DNA of 64,000 nucleotides from Chloroflexus sp. (GCA_036574065.1 JAINCM010000035.1:12754-76753), one strand, 5' to 3'. Numbered from the stretch's first letter, positions 27,897 to 37,399 are shown. Notes: generated by a model from the sequence alone, not told the origin. Translations and numbers: made by a program.

Positions 27897-29441
27897 GTGG
27901 AAACCCCCGAAGCACAACTCGACACCCTGCGCCGGTTGCGTGAGCGCGCGTTGCAGGGCGGTGGGCAGGAACGGATTGCTCAACAGCATGCACGTGGTAA
28001 GCTGACAGCACGCGAACGGCTAGCATTACTGCTCGACCCCGGATCGTTTCAAGAGATCGGCGCCCTAGCAACCAGTATCACCGACGATGAAGAACAGCGC
28101 ATTCCTGGTGATGGCGCGGTCACTGGCTTTGGCAAGATCAACGGGCGTCGAGTTGCAGTCTTTGCCCAGGATTTTACCGTCATGGGCGGCTCGTTTTCAG
28201 CGGTACAGGCCAACAAGATCTGTCGTATGCAAGACCTCGCCCTTGAGAGTGGCATTCCGATCATCGGTCTGAATGACTCGGGCGGCGCGCGCATCCAAGA
28301 AGGGGTGCGCTCGCTCGCAGCTTATGGAGAGGTCTTTGTCCGCAATGTACTAGCGTCGGGTGTTGTGCCCCAAATCTCCGCTATTCTCGGCCCCTGCGCC
28401 GGCGGTGCAGTCTATTCACCGGCCTTGACCGATTTTGTCATTATGTCAGAGTCGACCGGCTACATGTTCCTGACCGGTCCTGACGTAATCAAGACCGTCT
28501 CAGGACGCGACATCTCGGTTCAGGAACTCGGCGGGGCAGCTGTGCACTGCGCCCGCAGCGGGGTGGCCCATCTTTCCGCCCCTGACGATCAGGCAGTGAT
28601 TGAACTGATCAAGCGGCTACTCAGCTACCTGCCGCAGAACAATACCGAAGATCCGCCGCAAATTATGCCCTACGACCGCGCCGATCGGCAAGAGCCAGCC
28701 CTCAACTCGTTGGTGCCAGCGGATGAGCGGCAGGGTTACGACATTCACATGCTGATCGATTTGGTCTTCGATCACGATAGTTTTCTCGAGATTCAACCGC
28801 TCTTCGCCCAAAATGCGGTGGTCGGTTTTGCCCGCCTCGATGGCTACGCCGTTGGCGTGGTTGCTAATCAGCCGGCAATTATGGCGGGCGCGCTTGATAT
28901 CGATGCTAGCGACAAGATCGCGCGCTTTGTGCGCATTTGTGATGCATTCAACATCCCGGTCATCACTTTTGTCGATACACCAGGATTTCTCCCCGGCGTA
29001 GAGCAAGAGTACGGTGGGGTCATACGCCACGGCGCAAAGATCATTTACGCCTACAGCGAAGCTACTGTGCCCAAGATCTCTGTCGTGTTGCGGAAGGCAA
29101 TCGGCGGGGCTTACGTTGCCATGTCAAGTAAACAACTGCGCTGTGACCTCAATTTTGCTTGGCCGTCGGCCCAGATCGCAGTCATGGGGGCCGAAGGCGC
29201 TGTCCGCATCTTGTACCGTGACGAGCTGCGCGCCGCTGCCGATCCGCGTAAGCTGATGGAGGAGTTTGTCGCTGAGTACCGGCGTAAGTTTTTCAACCCG
29301 TATCACGCCGCCGACCTCGGCCAGATCGATGAGGTTATCGAGCCAGCAGAGACGCGGCCACGCCTCATTCGCGCGCTGGAAATTCTGCGTACCAAGGTGC
29401 AGCAGAATCCGCCGCGCAAGCATGGTCTGTATCCATCGTGA
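27897..29441 (+). CDS. mmdA: Acyl-CoA carboxyltransferase (methylmalonyl-CoA decarboxylase alpha / PccB-like)
   Basis: GKLTARER, QDFTVMGGS, DSGGARIQEG, GPCAGGAVYSPALTDF, VDTPGFLPG, KHGLYP. GAGGTGAGG RBS and a TATACT box at 27853. Confidence 0.85.
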   Translation: METPEAQLDTLRRLRERALQGGGQERIAQQHARGKLTARERLALLLDPGSFQEIGALATSITDDEEQRIPGDGAVTGFGKINGRRVAVFAQDFTVMGGSFSAVQANKICRMQDLALESGIPIIGLNDSGGARIQEGVRSLAAYGEVFVRNVLASGVVPQISAILGPCAGGAVYSPALTDFVIMSESTGYMFLTGPDVIKTVSGRDISVQELGGAAVHCARSGVAHLSAPDDQAVIELIKRLLSYLPQNNTEDPPQIMPYDRADRQEPALNSLVPADERQGYDIHMLIDLVFDHDSFLEIQPLFAQNAVVGFARLDGYAVGVVANQPAIMAGALDIDASDKIARFVRICDAFNIPVITFVDTPGFLPGVEQEYGGVIRHGAKIIYAYSEATVPKISVVLRKAIGGAYVAMSSKQLRCDLNFAWPSAQIAVMGAEGAVRILYRDELRAAADPRKLMEEFVAEYRRKFFNPYHAADLGQIDEVIEPAETRPRLIRALEILRTKVQQNPPRKHGLYPS

Positions 29442-29464
29442 GGCCCGTGGAGCAAGGAGTCGTA

Positions 29465-29818
29465 ATGGAAAATCTTGGTTTTGGCTTAACTATGACCGTA
29501 CTCGGTATGGGCTTAGTGTTCGGCGTGCTGGCACTGCTCTGGGGTATTCTCTCTGCCCTAACCTATGTTGACCAGCCACCAGCGTCGACACCGAGCGCAA
29601 TTGCGCCGGTAACGGTGAGCGAGCCAGTTGCGCATGAACAACTGACACCAGAAGAGCTGGCAGCAATTGCGGTTGCCGTCGCTGTGCATACGACAGTACT
29701 CCGACGCGAAGCTGCACCAGCGGTGCGTAGTTACTGGCCGGGTAGCCTGTTGTTTGCTAGTCGTTGGGTCGCCGCTGGTCGCGCGCGCCAAAACCAGAGC
29801 TGGCAACGAAGGAGATAA
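29465..29818 (+). CDS. mmdD: OadG/MmdD-type delta (gamma) membrane subunit
   Basis: AAGGAG then ATG 29465. Single TM TVLGMGLVFGVLALL, Pro/Ala linker, ELAAIAVAV, and a C-terminal SRWVAAGR motif. Confidence 0.8.
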   Translation: MENLGFGLTMTVLGMGLVFGVLALLWGILSALTYVDQPPASTPSAIAPVTVSEPVAHEQLTPEELAAIAVAVAVHTTVLRREAAPAVRSYWPGSLLFASRWVAAGRARQNQSWQRRR

Positions 29819-29825
29819 CACAGCG

Positions 29826-30290
29826 ATGCGTCGCTATCACCTGACGATCAACGGCCAGACGTACACAGTCGATATCGCCGAACTGAGCAATGACCGCTTT
29901 GTCGTACAACTGAACGGTCGCGAGTTTGAAGTGCAGCTGAGCGAGGGTGGCGAAGTGGGCGAGATTGTTCCACGCACCGCGCCCGTTGTCGCGCCTGCCC
30001 TTCCCGCGAGCGCTCCTGCGTCGCCACCACCACCAGCAGTGACATCTTTGCCGCCCGCGACCACGGTGGGCGACAATCTGATCCGGGCACCGATGCCGGG
30101 AACCATCCTGCAAATAGTTGCCCAACCTGGGACCCGGGTGAAGCGTGGGCAGCCGATCATTGTGCTCGAAGCAATGAAAATGAATAACAGCATCGGCGCC
30201 CCCCGTGATGGCGTCGTCACAGCCATTCTGGTCAAAACTGGTCAGAGCGTGGGCTACGGCGAACCGCTGGCCCAACTCGCCGACGCCTGA
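29826..30290 (+). CDS. mmdC: Biotin carboxyl carrier subunit
   Basis: GGAG then ATG 29826. Y..TINGQTYTVDI, Pro/Ala linker, APMPGTI, biotinylation motif EAMKM. Confidence 0.9.
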   Translation: MRRYHLTINGQTYTVDIAELSNDRFVVQLNGREFEVQLSEGGEVGEIVPRTAPVVAPALPASAPASPPPPAVTSLPPATTVGDNLIRAPMPGTILQIVAQPGTRVKRGQPIIVLEAMKMNNSIGAPRDGVVTAILVKTGQSVGYGEPLAQLADA

Positions 30291-30370
30291 AGTGGCCAGG
30301 AAGGGGTATCGTTAGCAGCACCAACGCCAGTTTACTAGAATCTGCCACCAACATCTACAGGCTTTAAGCT

Positions 30371-31489
30371 ATGGATGATATTGCCTTTCGGCTGTTACAG
30401 GGGATCACGTCGATCACGTGGCAATCGCTGGTCATGATCGGGGTCGCTACGCTCTTGTTCTACCTTGCGATCGTCCACGACTACGAGCCATTGCTCCTCT
30501 TACCGATCGGTGCCGGGGCGTTGCTGGCAAATCTGCCGCTGTCTCCCCTGCTTGGCGAAGACGGAATGTTTACTATTCTCTACAATGCTGGGGTCGGTAA
30601 CGAACTCTTTCCCCTGTTGATATTCATCGGTATCGGTGCGCTTACCGATTTCAGTCCTTTGCTTTCCAACCCGCGGATGGTCTTGCTCGGTGCTGCCGGT
30701 CAATTTGGCATCTTCGGCACTTTGCTGGCGGCGCTAGCCCTTGGCTTTAGCCGCGAAGAAGCAGCTTCTATCGGGATTATCGGCGCGATCGACGGTCCTA
30801 CTTCGATCTACGTATCGAGCCTGCTCGCCCCCCAACTGCTCGGCCCGATCACAGTGGCAGCGTATAGCTATATGTCGCTGGTACCAGTCATTATGCCGCC
30901 GGTGATCCGCGCACTGACCACACCCGCCGAACGGCGGATCCGTATGGCTTACGTCAGCCGCCCGATCAGTCGCCGCACGCGCATTCTGTTCCCCATCGTG
31001 ACTACCATTGTGGTGGGCATACTGGTACCGTTTGCTATCCCGCTGATCGGTATGCTGATGTTAGGCAATCTGATGCGGGAGTCGGGAGTGGTGGAGCGCT
31101 TGACCAACACCTCTTCTCGGGAACTGGCTAACATCGTCACGCTCTTTTTAGGGCTGGCGATTGGCTCAACGATGGAAGGCGTCCGCTTCCTCCAACCGGC
31201 TACGCTGGCCATTCTCGCCTTAGGCATTCTGGCCTTCGTCCTTGACACTGCCGCTGGCCTGATCTTTGGTAAATTCCTCAATCTGCTCAGTCGCGGCAAC
31301 TTCAACCCGATCATCGGCGCTGCCGGCATCAGCGCCTTCCCCATGGCAGCGCGGGTGGTGCAAAAGATCGCGCACGAAGAAGACTTCGAGAACTTCCTGC
31401 TGATGCATGCAATGGGCGCTAATGCCGCCGGACAGGTCGCGAGCGTGGTAGCAGGCGGAGTCGTGCTGGCCCTGATGGGAGCGTCGTAG
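30371..31489 (+). CDS. mmdB: Na+-translocating decarboxylase beta subunit (OadB/MmdB)
   Basis: YEPLLLLPIG, ELFPLLIFIGIGALTDF, GIIGAIDGPTSIY, AAYSYMSLVP, GISAFPMAARV, AMGANAAG. Confidence 0.93.
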   Translation: MDDIAFRLLQGITSITWQSLVMIGVATLLFYLAIVHDYEPLLLLPIGAGALLANLPLSPLLGEDGMFTILYNAGVGNELFPLLIFIGIGALTDFSPLLSNPRMVLLGAAGQFGIFGTLLAALALGFSREEAASIGIIGAIDGPTSIYVSSLLAPQLLGPITVAAYSYMSLVPVIMPPVIRALTTPAERRIRMAYVSRPISRRTRILFPIVTTIVVGILVPFAIPLIGMLMLGNLMRESGVVERLTNTSSRELANIVTLFLGLAIGSTMEGVRFLQPATLAILALGILAFVLDTAAGLIFGKFLNLLSRGNFNPIIGAAGISAFPMAARVVQKIAHEEDFENFLLMHAMGANAAGQVASVVAGGVVLALMGAS

Positions 31490-31545
31490 GTGTGTCACCG
31501 GATTGGCGACTGTAACCGACGGCGTACAATGAAAGAGAGAAACGC

Positions 31546-32004
31546 ATGATGGCAGAGGAGCGTTCTATGTCAAAGACTGAGCGTGTCGCAGAATGGATGA
31601 CGGAGAATCCGATTTGTGTATCGCCCGATTTCTCGGTGCTGGCGGCTTACGAGCGTATGCGCGCGCGCGGAGTACGACGGATGCCGGTCGTGGATAAACA
31701 AGGCAATCTGGTGGGTATTATTACCAAGAGCGACATCGAGCAAGCGATGAGTCACCCGCGCGATGATGAAGAGCGACGTTTGGCGCGCTTCAATCTGGCC
31801 GGACAGACTGTGGCTGAACTTATGACGCCCAACCCTTTGACAGTTTCCTCGAGCGACTCGATCGGCAAAGCGGCGGCCGTTATGGTGCGCGCGCGGGTCA
31901 GTGGTCTGCCCGTGGTAGACGATGGTCGGTTGGTCGGCATCATTACCGAATCGGATATTTTCCGACTGGTAGCCAGCACGTGGGCAGCGGAAGAGAACGA
32001 CTAG
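31546..32004 (+). CDS. CBS-pair domain protein (AcuB-like)
   Basis: MPVVDKQGNLVGIIT and LPVVDDGRLVGIITESD. TACAAT box at 31525. Confidence 0.88.
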   Translation: MMAEERSMSKTERVAEWMTENPICVSPDFSVLAAYERMRARGVRRMPVVDKQGNLVGIITKSDIEQAMSHPRDDEERRLARFNLAGQTVAELMTPNPLTVSSSDSIGKAAAVMVRARVSGLPVVDDGRLVGIITESDIFRLVASTWAAEEND

Positions 32005-32007
32005 CAC

Positions 32008-32370
32008 CTACCGCTCACAGCTCGGGTCTGCGCTACTGCCAATGCAGACATCGAACCCAGCGCCGCCAATGAGCACATCGTTACCCTTGCCGCCAATGAT
32101 GCAGTCATTGCCATCCAAGCCCTCGATGGTATCATTGCCGGCGCTACCCACGGTGAGATCATTGCCCACGGTACCCTGAATAAACCCCGCTCCAGTGATG
32201 ATTGTACTCAGGCCCATCCCGGCGCAGGCTGGTGGTGCTACGTCCTGCGGACTGACCGTCATCCTGATATCATCCATGACTGCTAACGGAAGAGCTACGC
32301 CGGCCGCAGCTGCCAGGGCTAGCGTTCCTAATAAACAACTAACTAGCCCAAACAAGATGATCCGCCTCAT
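32008..32370 (-). CDS. Small secreted protein with hemolysin-type (RTX) Ca2+-binding nonapeptides
   Basis: Hydrophobic signal peptide, then GTVGNDLTVGSAGNDTIEGLDGNDCIIGGKGNDVLIGGAGFDVC. Confidence 0.8.
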   Translation of the reverse strand: MRRIILFGLVSCLLGTLALAAAAGVALPLAVMDDIRMTVSPQDVAPPACAGMGLSTIITGAGFIQGTVGNDLTVGSAGNDTIEGLDGNDCIIGGKGNDVLIGGAGFDVCIGSSADPSCER

Positions 32371-32932
32371 GCTGCACCTCGCTGCCGATCATGCCCACGC
32401 TGGCGCGCTTCGTGCCCGGCCTGCGCAAAGGTTGGATTCTCGCTACGCTCCTGATAGGGAGTAAACGGATCGACGCTGGCAGCCGTGCAGGCTGCGCCAA
32501 TTAGGCCCGTTTGCTGGAGCGTAGCGATAAACCGATCACGCCGGTCGGCTGGCGATAGTGCAAGCCTGACAGGCGACACTGCATGCGCGATATCGGCTAC
32601 TAGTGCTGATGACTGGTAGACATAGATAGTGTTGTGATCAAGCAAGATACTGATGGAGGACGACTCTGGTGTTACGCATAATCAGACTGCCAGTGCGCTG
32701 GGCTAAGTATGCTAGATCGGCTATGGCTGCCACTTCGATCCGTGGTAGCTCAACCCGTGGTGCCGTACCGCTAATGATCAAATGGCCGTACCAGACCTGA
32801 ATCCGAAATGCTTCATCGCGTTGCCAGCGACGCCACAATGACTAGCCCAAGACGAGAGTGACGGCGGCGAATAGCGCTGCGCCAACCGTTCCCCACCACC
32901 GTAATGTCAGCATATCACAGCATAGTAGCCAT
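32367..32932 (-). pseudogene. Disrupted membrane-protein gene: N-terminal TM helix, DUF5305-C-terminal-like segment, C-terminal HTH-like segment
   Basis: AAGGAGG then ATG 32932 gives MATML*. Reading resumes at ATG 32913, hits an in-frame TAG at 32844-32842, then a frameshift near 32648 (HQYL/LDHNTIYVYQ). The final stop overlaps the RTX ATG. Confidence 0.65.
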
Positions 32933-33194
32933 CGAACGCCTCCTTGCAGTTCTTCAAGCGGCTGACTCGTCATCCATTTCGATATAGATGAAGCACGAAC
33001 CGTTTACTATCGCACAAAAGTGTGCTCCTATCATTTATCGTGACGTTGCTAGAAAGATGACCTCAGAACTACGTTATTTTGTGAAATAACACACAAGGCA
33101 GGGCGGGTTGTTGTCATGTGCGCCAAGACGCTGCTAGCCACCGCTATGGTGAATAACTGCCGGTATCGCGCATCACCAACAATAGGGAGACGCA

Positions 33195-33993
33195 ATGTGA
33201 CAATCAGGACTAGTGACTGACCGATTGGGGCACACCGACCCAGAATCGACGCCAATACTGCGCTGCAATCTCTGCCACGCGCTGGGTTTAGCTATGAAGC
33301 TAGTCCACAATAACGAAGAGCTGTTTTGTAATGCTTGAGGCACCGATGGTGTCGCCGACGCTGGGATAGAGCGTCACACGCGGGTGCGGGTCAGCCACCA
33401 CCTAAAGGTAATGCTTGCTGCAACTGCTGAATGCGTGACCCAACAGGCCTGGCGCTTCAATGTCAATCAAGCGATGCTTAAGATGGCGTGTCACCATCGG
33501 ACTCAGCCCGTGCCCAACAGGGTTGGCACATTGAGCCCTAAAACTCGCCTAACCCTCTATGGGAACCGCAATGTGATGTGCGAGCCGCTCTGCGCGGACT
33601 ATGTTGCTAGCGACAGTGCCGCTGGGCGGGTTTTACGCCTCCCTGGTGCGACCACGGCTACTGCTCCGCCCGCTAGCAGAGTGACGATGATGCCATCGAA
33701 ATCTTTCATGCGGTGTTGACAACTAATGCCAACAGCTGCTATTGACGGTCAGACTCTCACCTGCCGCTGCTACATCTAACCAATCGCATCCCTGCCCTAG
33801 ACTCGAGCTGCTGGCAGCCGATTGCGCACGGCTGCGCTACGCCAATGCCTACACCATTCAAGACTTTAGCACCACTCCTGCTACATTTACCACCACGATC
33901 ATGCGCCGCATCCCCGGTGTTCAGATCGTCGCTGACCTCCAACCTTACCGCCGACAAATGCCGACTCGTGGCAATACATTCCTCGTGATCTAG
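33195..33993 (+). pseudogene. tdh: Decayed SDR-type (NAD-dependent epimerase family) L-threonine 3-dehydrogenase
   Basis: Recognisable blocks in three frames: HHLKVMLAATAE..AWRFNVN, TLYGNRNVMCEPL, LRLPG..TAPP; then DDAIEIFHAV..CY*RSDSHLPLLHL with TGA at 33743; then LELLAAD..LRYANAYTIQDFSTTP..IMRRIPG. The 5' boundary is tentative. Confidence 0.7.
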
Positions 33994-34082
33994 AAGTGGT
34001 GGTTGATGCTATGCTAGACACGATCGGGGTATCCGTTGGTGTCCCGGGATCAATCCGCCTAGAAGCTAGATGGAGAAGTCTT

Positions 34083-35300
34083 ATGCCGCATAACCGCCTT
34101 GCTGAATTATTGCAACGCCAGCTCGATCAGTTGAGCGCTGAACGCCGTCGCAAAGGGTTAGAGCGCGTTGTTACCGACCGTATACCAGGAGATGGCATCC
34201 GTGGACCACGCTACCGCATCGCTGGCTACGATCAGCTTTATATTCGTATGAACTCCAATAGTTATCTAGGGTTGGCCAGTGATCCACGTCTGATCGCTGC
34301 TGCCGAGGCTGCCACGTATCGCTTCGGCGTCGGCCCAGGCGCGGTGCGGTTTATCAGCGGTACTTTAGCGCCGCACGTTGCGCTGGAACAACGTCTAGCC
34401 GCATTTCATCACCGTGAGGAGGCTATGCTTTTTTCCAGTGCCTATGCTGCGGTCCTCAGCGTGATCACAGCGCTAACGACGCCCGATACGGCCATCATCA
34501 GCGATGAACTGAACCATAATTGCATCATCAATGCTATCCGGTTGGCACGTCCGCGTGAAAAACTGGTTTACCGTCATCTCGACCTTGACCAGCTTGATGC
34601 CGCATTGACCCAAGCTGCTCATTCGTGCCGTCGCGCAATTGTAGTCACCGATGGCATCTTCTCGATGCGTGGCGTGCCTGCGCCACTCGATCGGATCGCC
34701 GATATTGTGGCTCGACACGACGCTATGTTTGCAGAAAATGTGTTGCTAGTAGTCGATGACTCGCACGGCGTCGGTGCATTCGGCGCGACTGGTCGCGGCT
34801 GCGAAGAGTATTGTGGCGTGCAAGCCGATCTGTTGATCGGCACGCTAGGCAAAGCCTTCGGTGCCAACGGCGGCTATGTAACCGGTTCACAGGTATTGAT
34901 CGCCAGTCTGCGCGAAACGAGCCCGACCTATATCTATTCCAACCCCATCACTGCCGCTGAAGCCAGTGCCGCCCTCACCGCCCTAGACATTCTCGTCAGC
35001 GCCGAAGGGCAAGCCCGCCTCGCCCATCTACGCACTATGACGGCGCGGTTCCGGCAAGGCTTACACGACGGAGGCTACGAGACACTACCCGGCGAACATC
35101 CGGTTGTACCACTCTTTACACGTGATCCGGCGGCAACAACGGCGCTGGTAGATCACCTCTTTGCTAATGGTGTGCTCGCCACTGCCATTACATATCCGGT
35201 AGTGCCGCGCGGCGATGACAGCATTCGTTTCCAGATCAGTGCTGAACACACTGCTGCTGATATTGATGAGGCATTGGCTGCGTTGCGTAGGGCACCTTGA
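34083..35300 (+). CDS. kbl: Glycine C-acetyltransferase (2-amino-3-ketobutyrate CoA ligase), AONS-family PLP enzyme
   Basis: NSNSYLGL, GVGPGAVRFISGT, SDELNHNCII, VDDSHGVG, GTLGKAFG. GGAG then ATG 34083. Follows the tdh remnant. Confidence 0.8.
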   Translation: MPHNRLAELLQRQLDQLSAERRRKGLERVVTDRIPGDGIRGPRYRIAGYDQLYIRMNSNSYLGLASDPRLIAAAEAATYRFGVGPGAVRFISGTLAPHVALEQRLAAFHHREEAMLFSSAYAAVLSVITALTTPDTAIISDELNHNCIINAIRLARPREKLVYRHLDLDQLDAALTQAAHSCRRAIVVTDGIFSMRGVPAPLDRIADIVARHDAMFAENVLLVVDDSHGVGAFGATGRGCEEYCGVQADLLIGTLGKAFGANGGYVTGSQVLIASLRETSPTYIYSNPITAAEASAALTALDILVSAEGQARLAHLRTMTARFRQGLHDGGYETLPGEHPVVPLFTRDPAATTALVDHLFANGVLATAITYPVVPRGDDSIRFQISAEHTAADIDEALAALRRAP

Positions 35301-35368
35301 TACCATTCCACGCCGGCACCGGAACCGGGGAACGTTGCGATGCAACATCTGCGTGCTGGGAATATCTA

Positions 35369-35398
35369 TTGACAGCATCCCAAAATTCAACGTATGAT
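35369..35398 (+). promoter_or_regulatory. Sigma70-type promoter for the prenyltransferase pair
   Basis: TTGACA-N18-TATGAT. Confidence 0.65.
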
Positions 35399-35454
35399 AC
35401 AAGTGTCATATGTTAAACCTCTACCTTTATCGGTAATCCACTGAAACCATTAGA

Positions 35455-36375
35455 ATGTACAAGTCATTTTCCATGATGCAGCACCTGCGCCTGCTTTACG
35501 AATTTGCCCGCCCCCATACCATCATTGCGACCGGCGTTCAGGTAATAACAATGCTCATTATCGTGGCAGACTGGCGCTCATTAACGCCTGAGCTGATCGG
35601 TCTTGCTCTAGCCACTCTGGTAGTTTGTCTGGCGCTCAACCTCTATGTGGTTGGAATTAATCAATTGACCGATGTCGCAATCGACCGCATTAACAAGCCA
35701 TGGTTACCGATAGCTGCCGGACGTCTGAGCACGTATGTTGCCCGGCGCATTGTTGCGGCAGCACTGGCGATTGCGCTCATCGGGGCAGCTATTCTCGGGA
35801 CTCCTCTGTGGTTGACTGTTGCGATCATTGCAATCATTGGTTCACTCTATTCGCTACCACCTCTGCGGCTAAAGCGTAACCCACTGGCGGCGGCGTTGAG
35901 TATTGCCAGCGCACGCGGCGTCATTGCCAATGTCGGGCTGGCGTTGCATTATCAGCATTGGTTAGGGGTAGAGTTGCCACTCATTACCATCATCCTAGCA
36001 GGTGTCTTCTTTTTTGGCTTTGCACTGGTAATCGCCCTCTACAAAGATCTACCCGACGATCGCGGCGACCGTCTCTACCAGATCGAGACGTTGACGACCC
36101 GCTGGGGACCGCAACGGGTATTGCAACTTGGTCGCCTGTTGCTGACCGTATGCTATCTCTTGCCTATCGGGGTTGGCCTCTGGTCACTTCCTGCCTTCGC
36201 CGCTGGTTTCCTTGCCCTAAGCCATGCCCTGGTGATTACGCTCTTCTGGCTGGTGAGTCTGCGGGTTGATCTGCGCCAACAGCAGTCGATTACCAGTTTT
36301 TACATGTTCCTGTGGGGGATCTTTTACACCGAGTTTGCGTTACTCAGTGTTTATCAACTAGCTGGCGCTTTGTGA
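35455..36375 (+). CDS. UbiA-family prenyltransferase, homogentisate phytyl/solanesyltransferase-like
   Basis: FARPHTIIAT, LYVVGINQLTDVAIDRINKPWLPIAAG, YSLPPLRLKR, IALYKDLPDDRGD, FYMFLWGIFYTE. Start could be 35473 or 35476. Confidence 0.85.
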   Translation: MYKSFSMMQHLRLLYEFARPHTIIATGVQVITMLIIVADWRSLTPELIGLALATLVVCLALNLYVVGINQLTDVAIDRINKPWLPIAAGRLSTYVARRIVAAALAIALIGAAILGTPLWLTVAIIAIIGSLYSLPPLRLKRNPLAAALSIASARGVIANVGLALHYQHWLGVELPLITIILAGVFFFGFALVIALYKDLPDDRGDRLYQIETLTTRWGPQRVLQLGRLLLTVCYLLPIGVGLWSLPAFAAGFLALSHALVITLFWLVSLRVDLRQQQSITSFYMFLWGIFYTEFALLSVYQLAGAL

Positions 36376-36472
36376 TCGTCTCCCGGTGTGCTTAATCAGG
36401 ATATCTGTTGGTTATGCCTACTAACTGACTCTAATTACGATTGGACTGAACTCCTCACTACTGTTCAAGAAA

Positions 36473-37399
36473 ATGTCAGTTATGACCGCCAACTGGCTCC
36501 AAACCGCCATCGACCTAATTCGACTTGGTCGTCCCTTGCATCTACTCGGGGGTGCCATCTTCTATGGTACTGGCGTTGCGGCAGCTGGCGCCGTACCGCG
36601 CGACAGCGGTTTGGCCCTGTTAGGTCTGCTCACCACCCTAAGCGCGCAGCTTATGAACCACTACAGCAACGACTATTTTGACCGCGACGCCGATCGCGCC
36701 AATCCCACGCCAACCCGTTGGTCGGGCGGGAGTCGGGTATTGCCGACTGGTCGATTGCCGGCGCGCGTGGCGCTAATAGCGGCATTGAGCTGGGGTGGAT
36801 TAGCGATGCTGCTGGCGCTGCTTAGTGCGATACGTTCGCCTAATCCATTGCTGAGCGCTGCAGTACTAGGCACTGCAATTGCCCTGGCATGGGTCTACAG
36901 TGGACCTCCGCTCTACCTGCACCGACGTGGCTGGGGAGAAGTGATCGGTGCGCTACTAGTGCCAGGACTGACCGCAGTGACCGGTTTTGTCCTCCAGACG
37001 GGCACTATTACGTCGATCATGCTCCTTGCTGTGCTACCACTCTGTTTACTACAGTTTGCTATGCTTATCGCGGTCAGCCTGCCTGATGTTATAGGCGACC
37101 AGACGGTCGGCAAACGCACCTTAGCCGTCATCTGTGGCCCACAACGTGCGGTACAGTGGCAGATCGGCGCCATTGTCGCTGCATTTGCCGTCTTGCCACT
37201 CATCGCGATGGCAGGTGTCCCCTGGCTGGTCGCCGTAGCACCGCTAGCAACCGCGCCGATCGGTATCTGGCTGATCGTCCGCCTACGGGCAGGGGCGTGG
37301 GCTGATCCGCAAGCTTGGGATAGCCTGGGATTCTGGAGTATTGGTCAATTGGTCGGCAGCGCCGGGATGATTTTACTGGCATTTCTAGCGGTAGCCTGA
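36473..37399 (+). CDS. UbiA-family prenyltransferase, MenA/UBIAD1-like
   Basis: NHYSNDYFDRDAD, SGGSRVL, YSGPPLYLHRRGWGE, PDVIGDQTVGKRTLAV. Confidence 0.82.
   Translation: MSVMTANWLQTAIDLIRLGRPLHLLGGAIFYGTGVAAAGAVPRDSGLALLGLLTTLSAQLMNHYSNDYFDRDADRANPTPTRWSGGSRVLPTGRLPARVALIAALSWGGLAMLLALLSAIRSPNPLLSAAVLGTAIALAWVYSGPPLYLHRRGWGEVIGALLVPGLTAVTGFVLQTGTITSIMLLAVLPLCLLQFAMLIAVSLPDVIGDQTVGKRTLAVICGPQRAVQWQIGAIVAAFAVLPLIAMAGVPWLVAVAPLATAPIGIWLIVRLRAGAWADPQAWDSLGFWSIGQLVGSAGMILLAFLAVA

Noticed and set aside
32842-32844. In-frame TAG as pyrrolysine or programmed readthrough
   Set aside because: The same gene also has a frameshift and a 5' disruption, and no pyl genes are seen. Decay is the simpler explanation.
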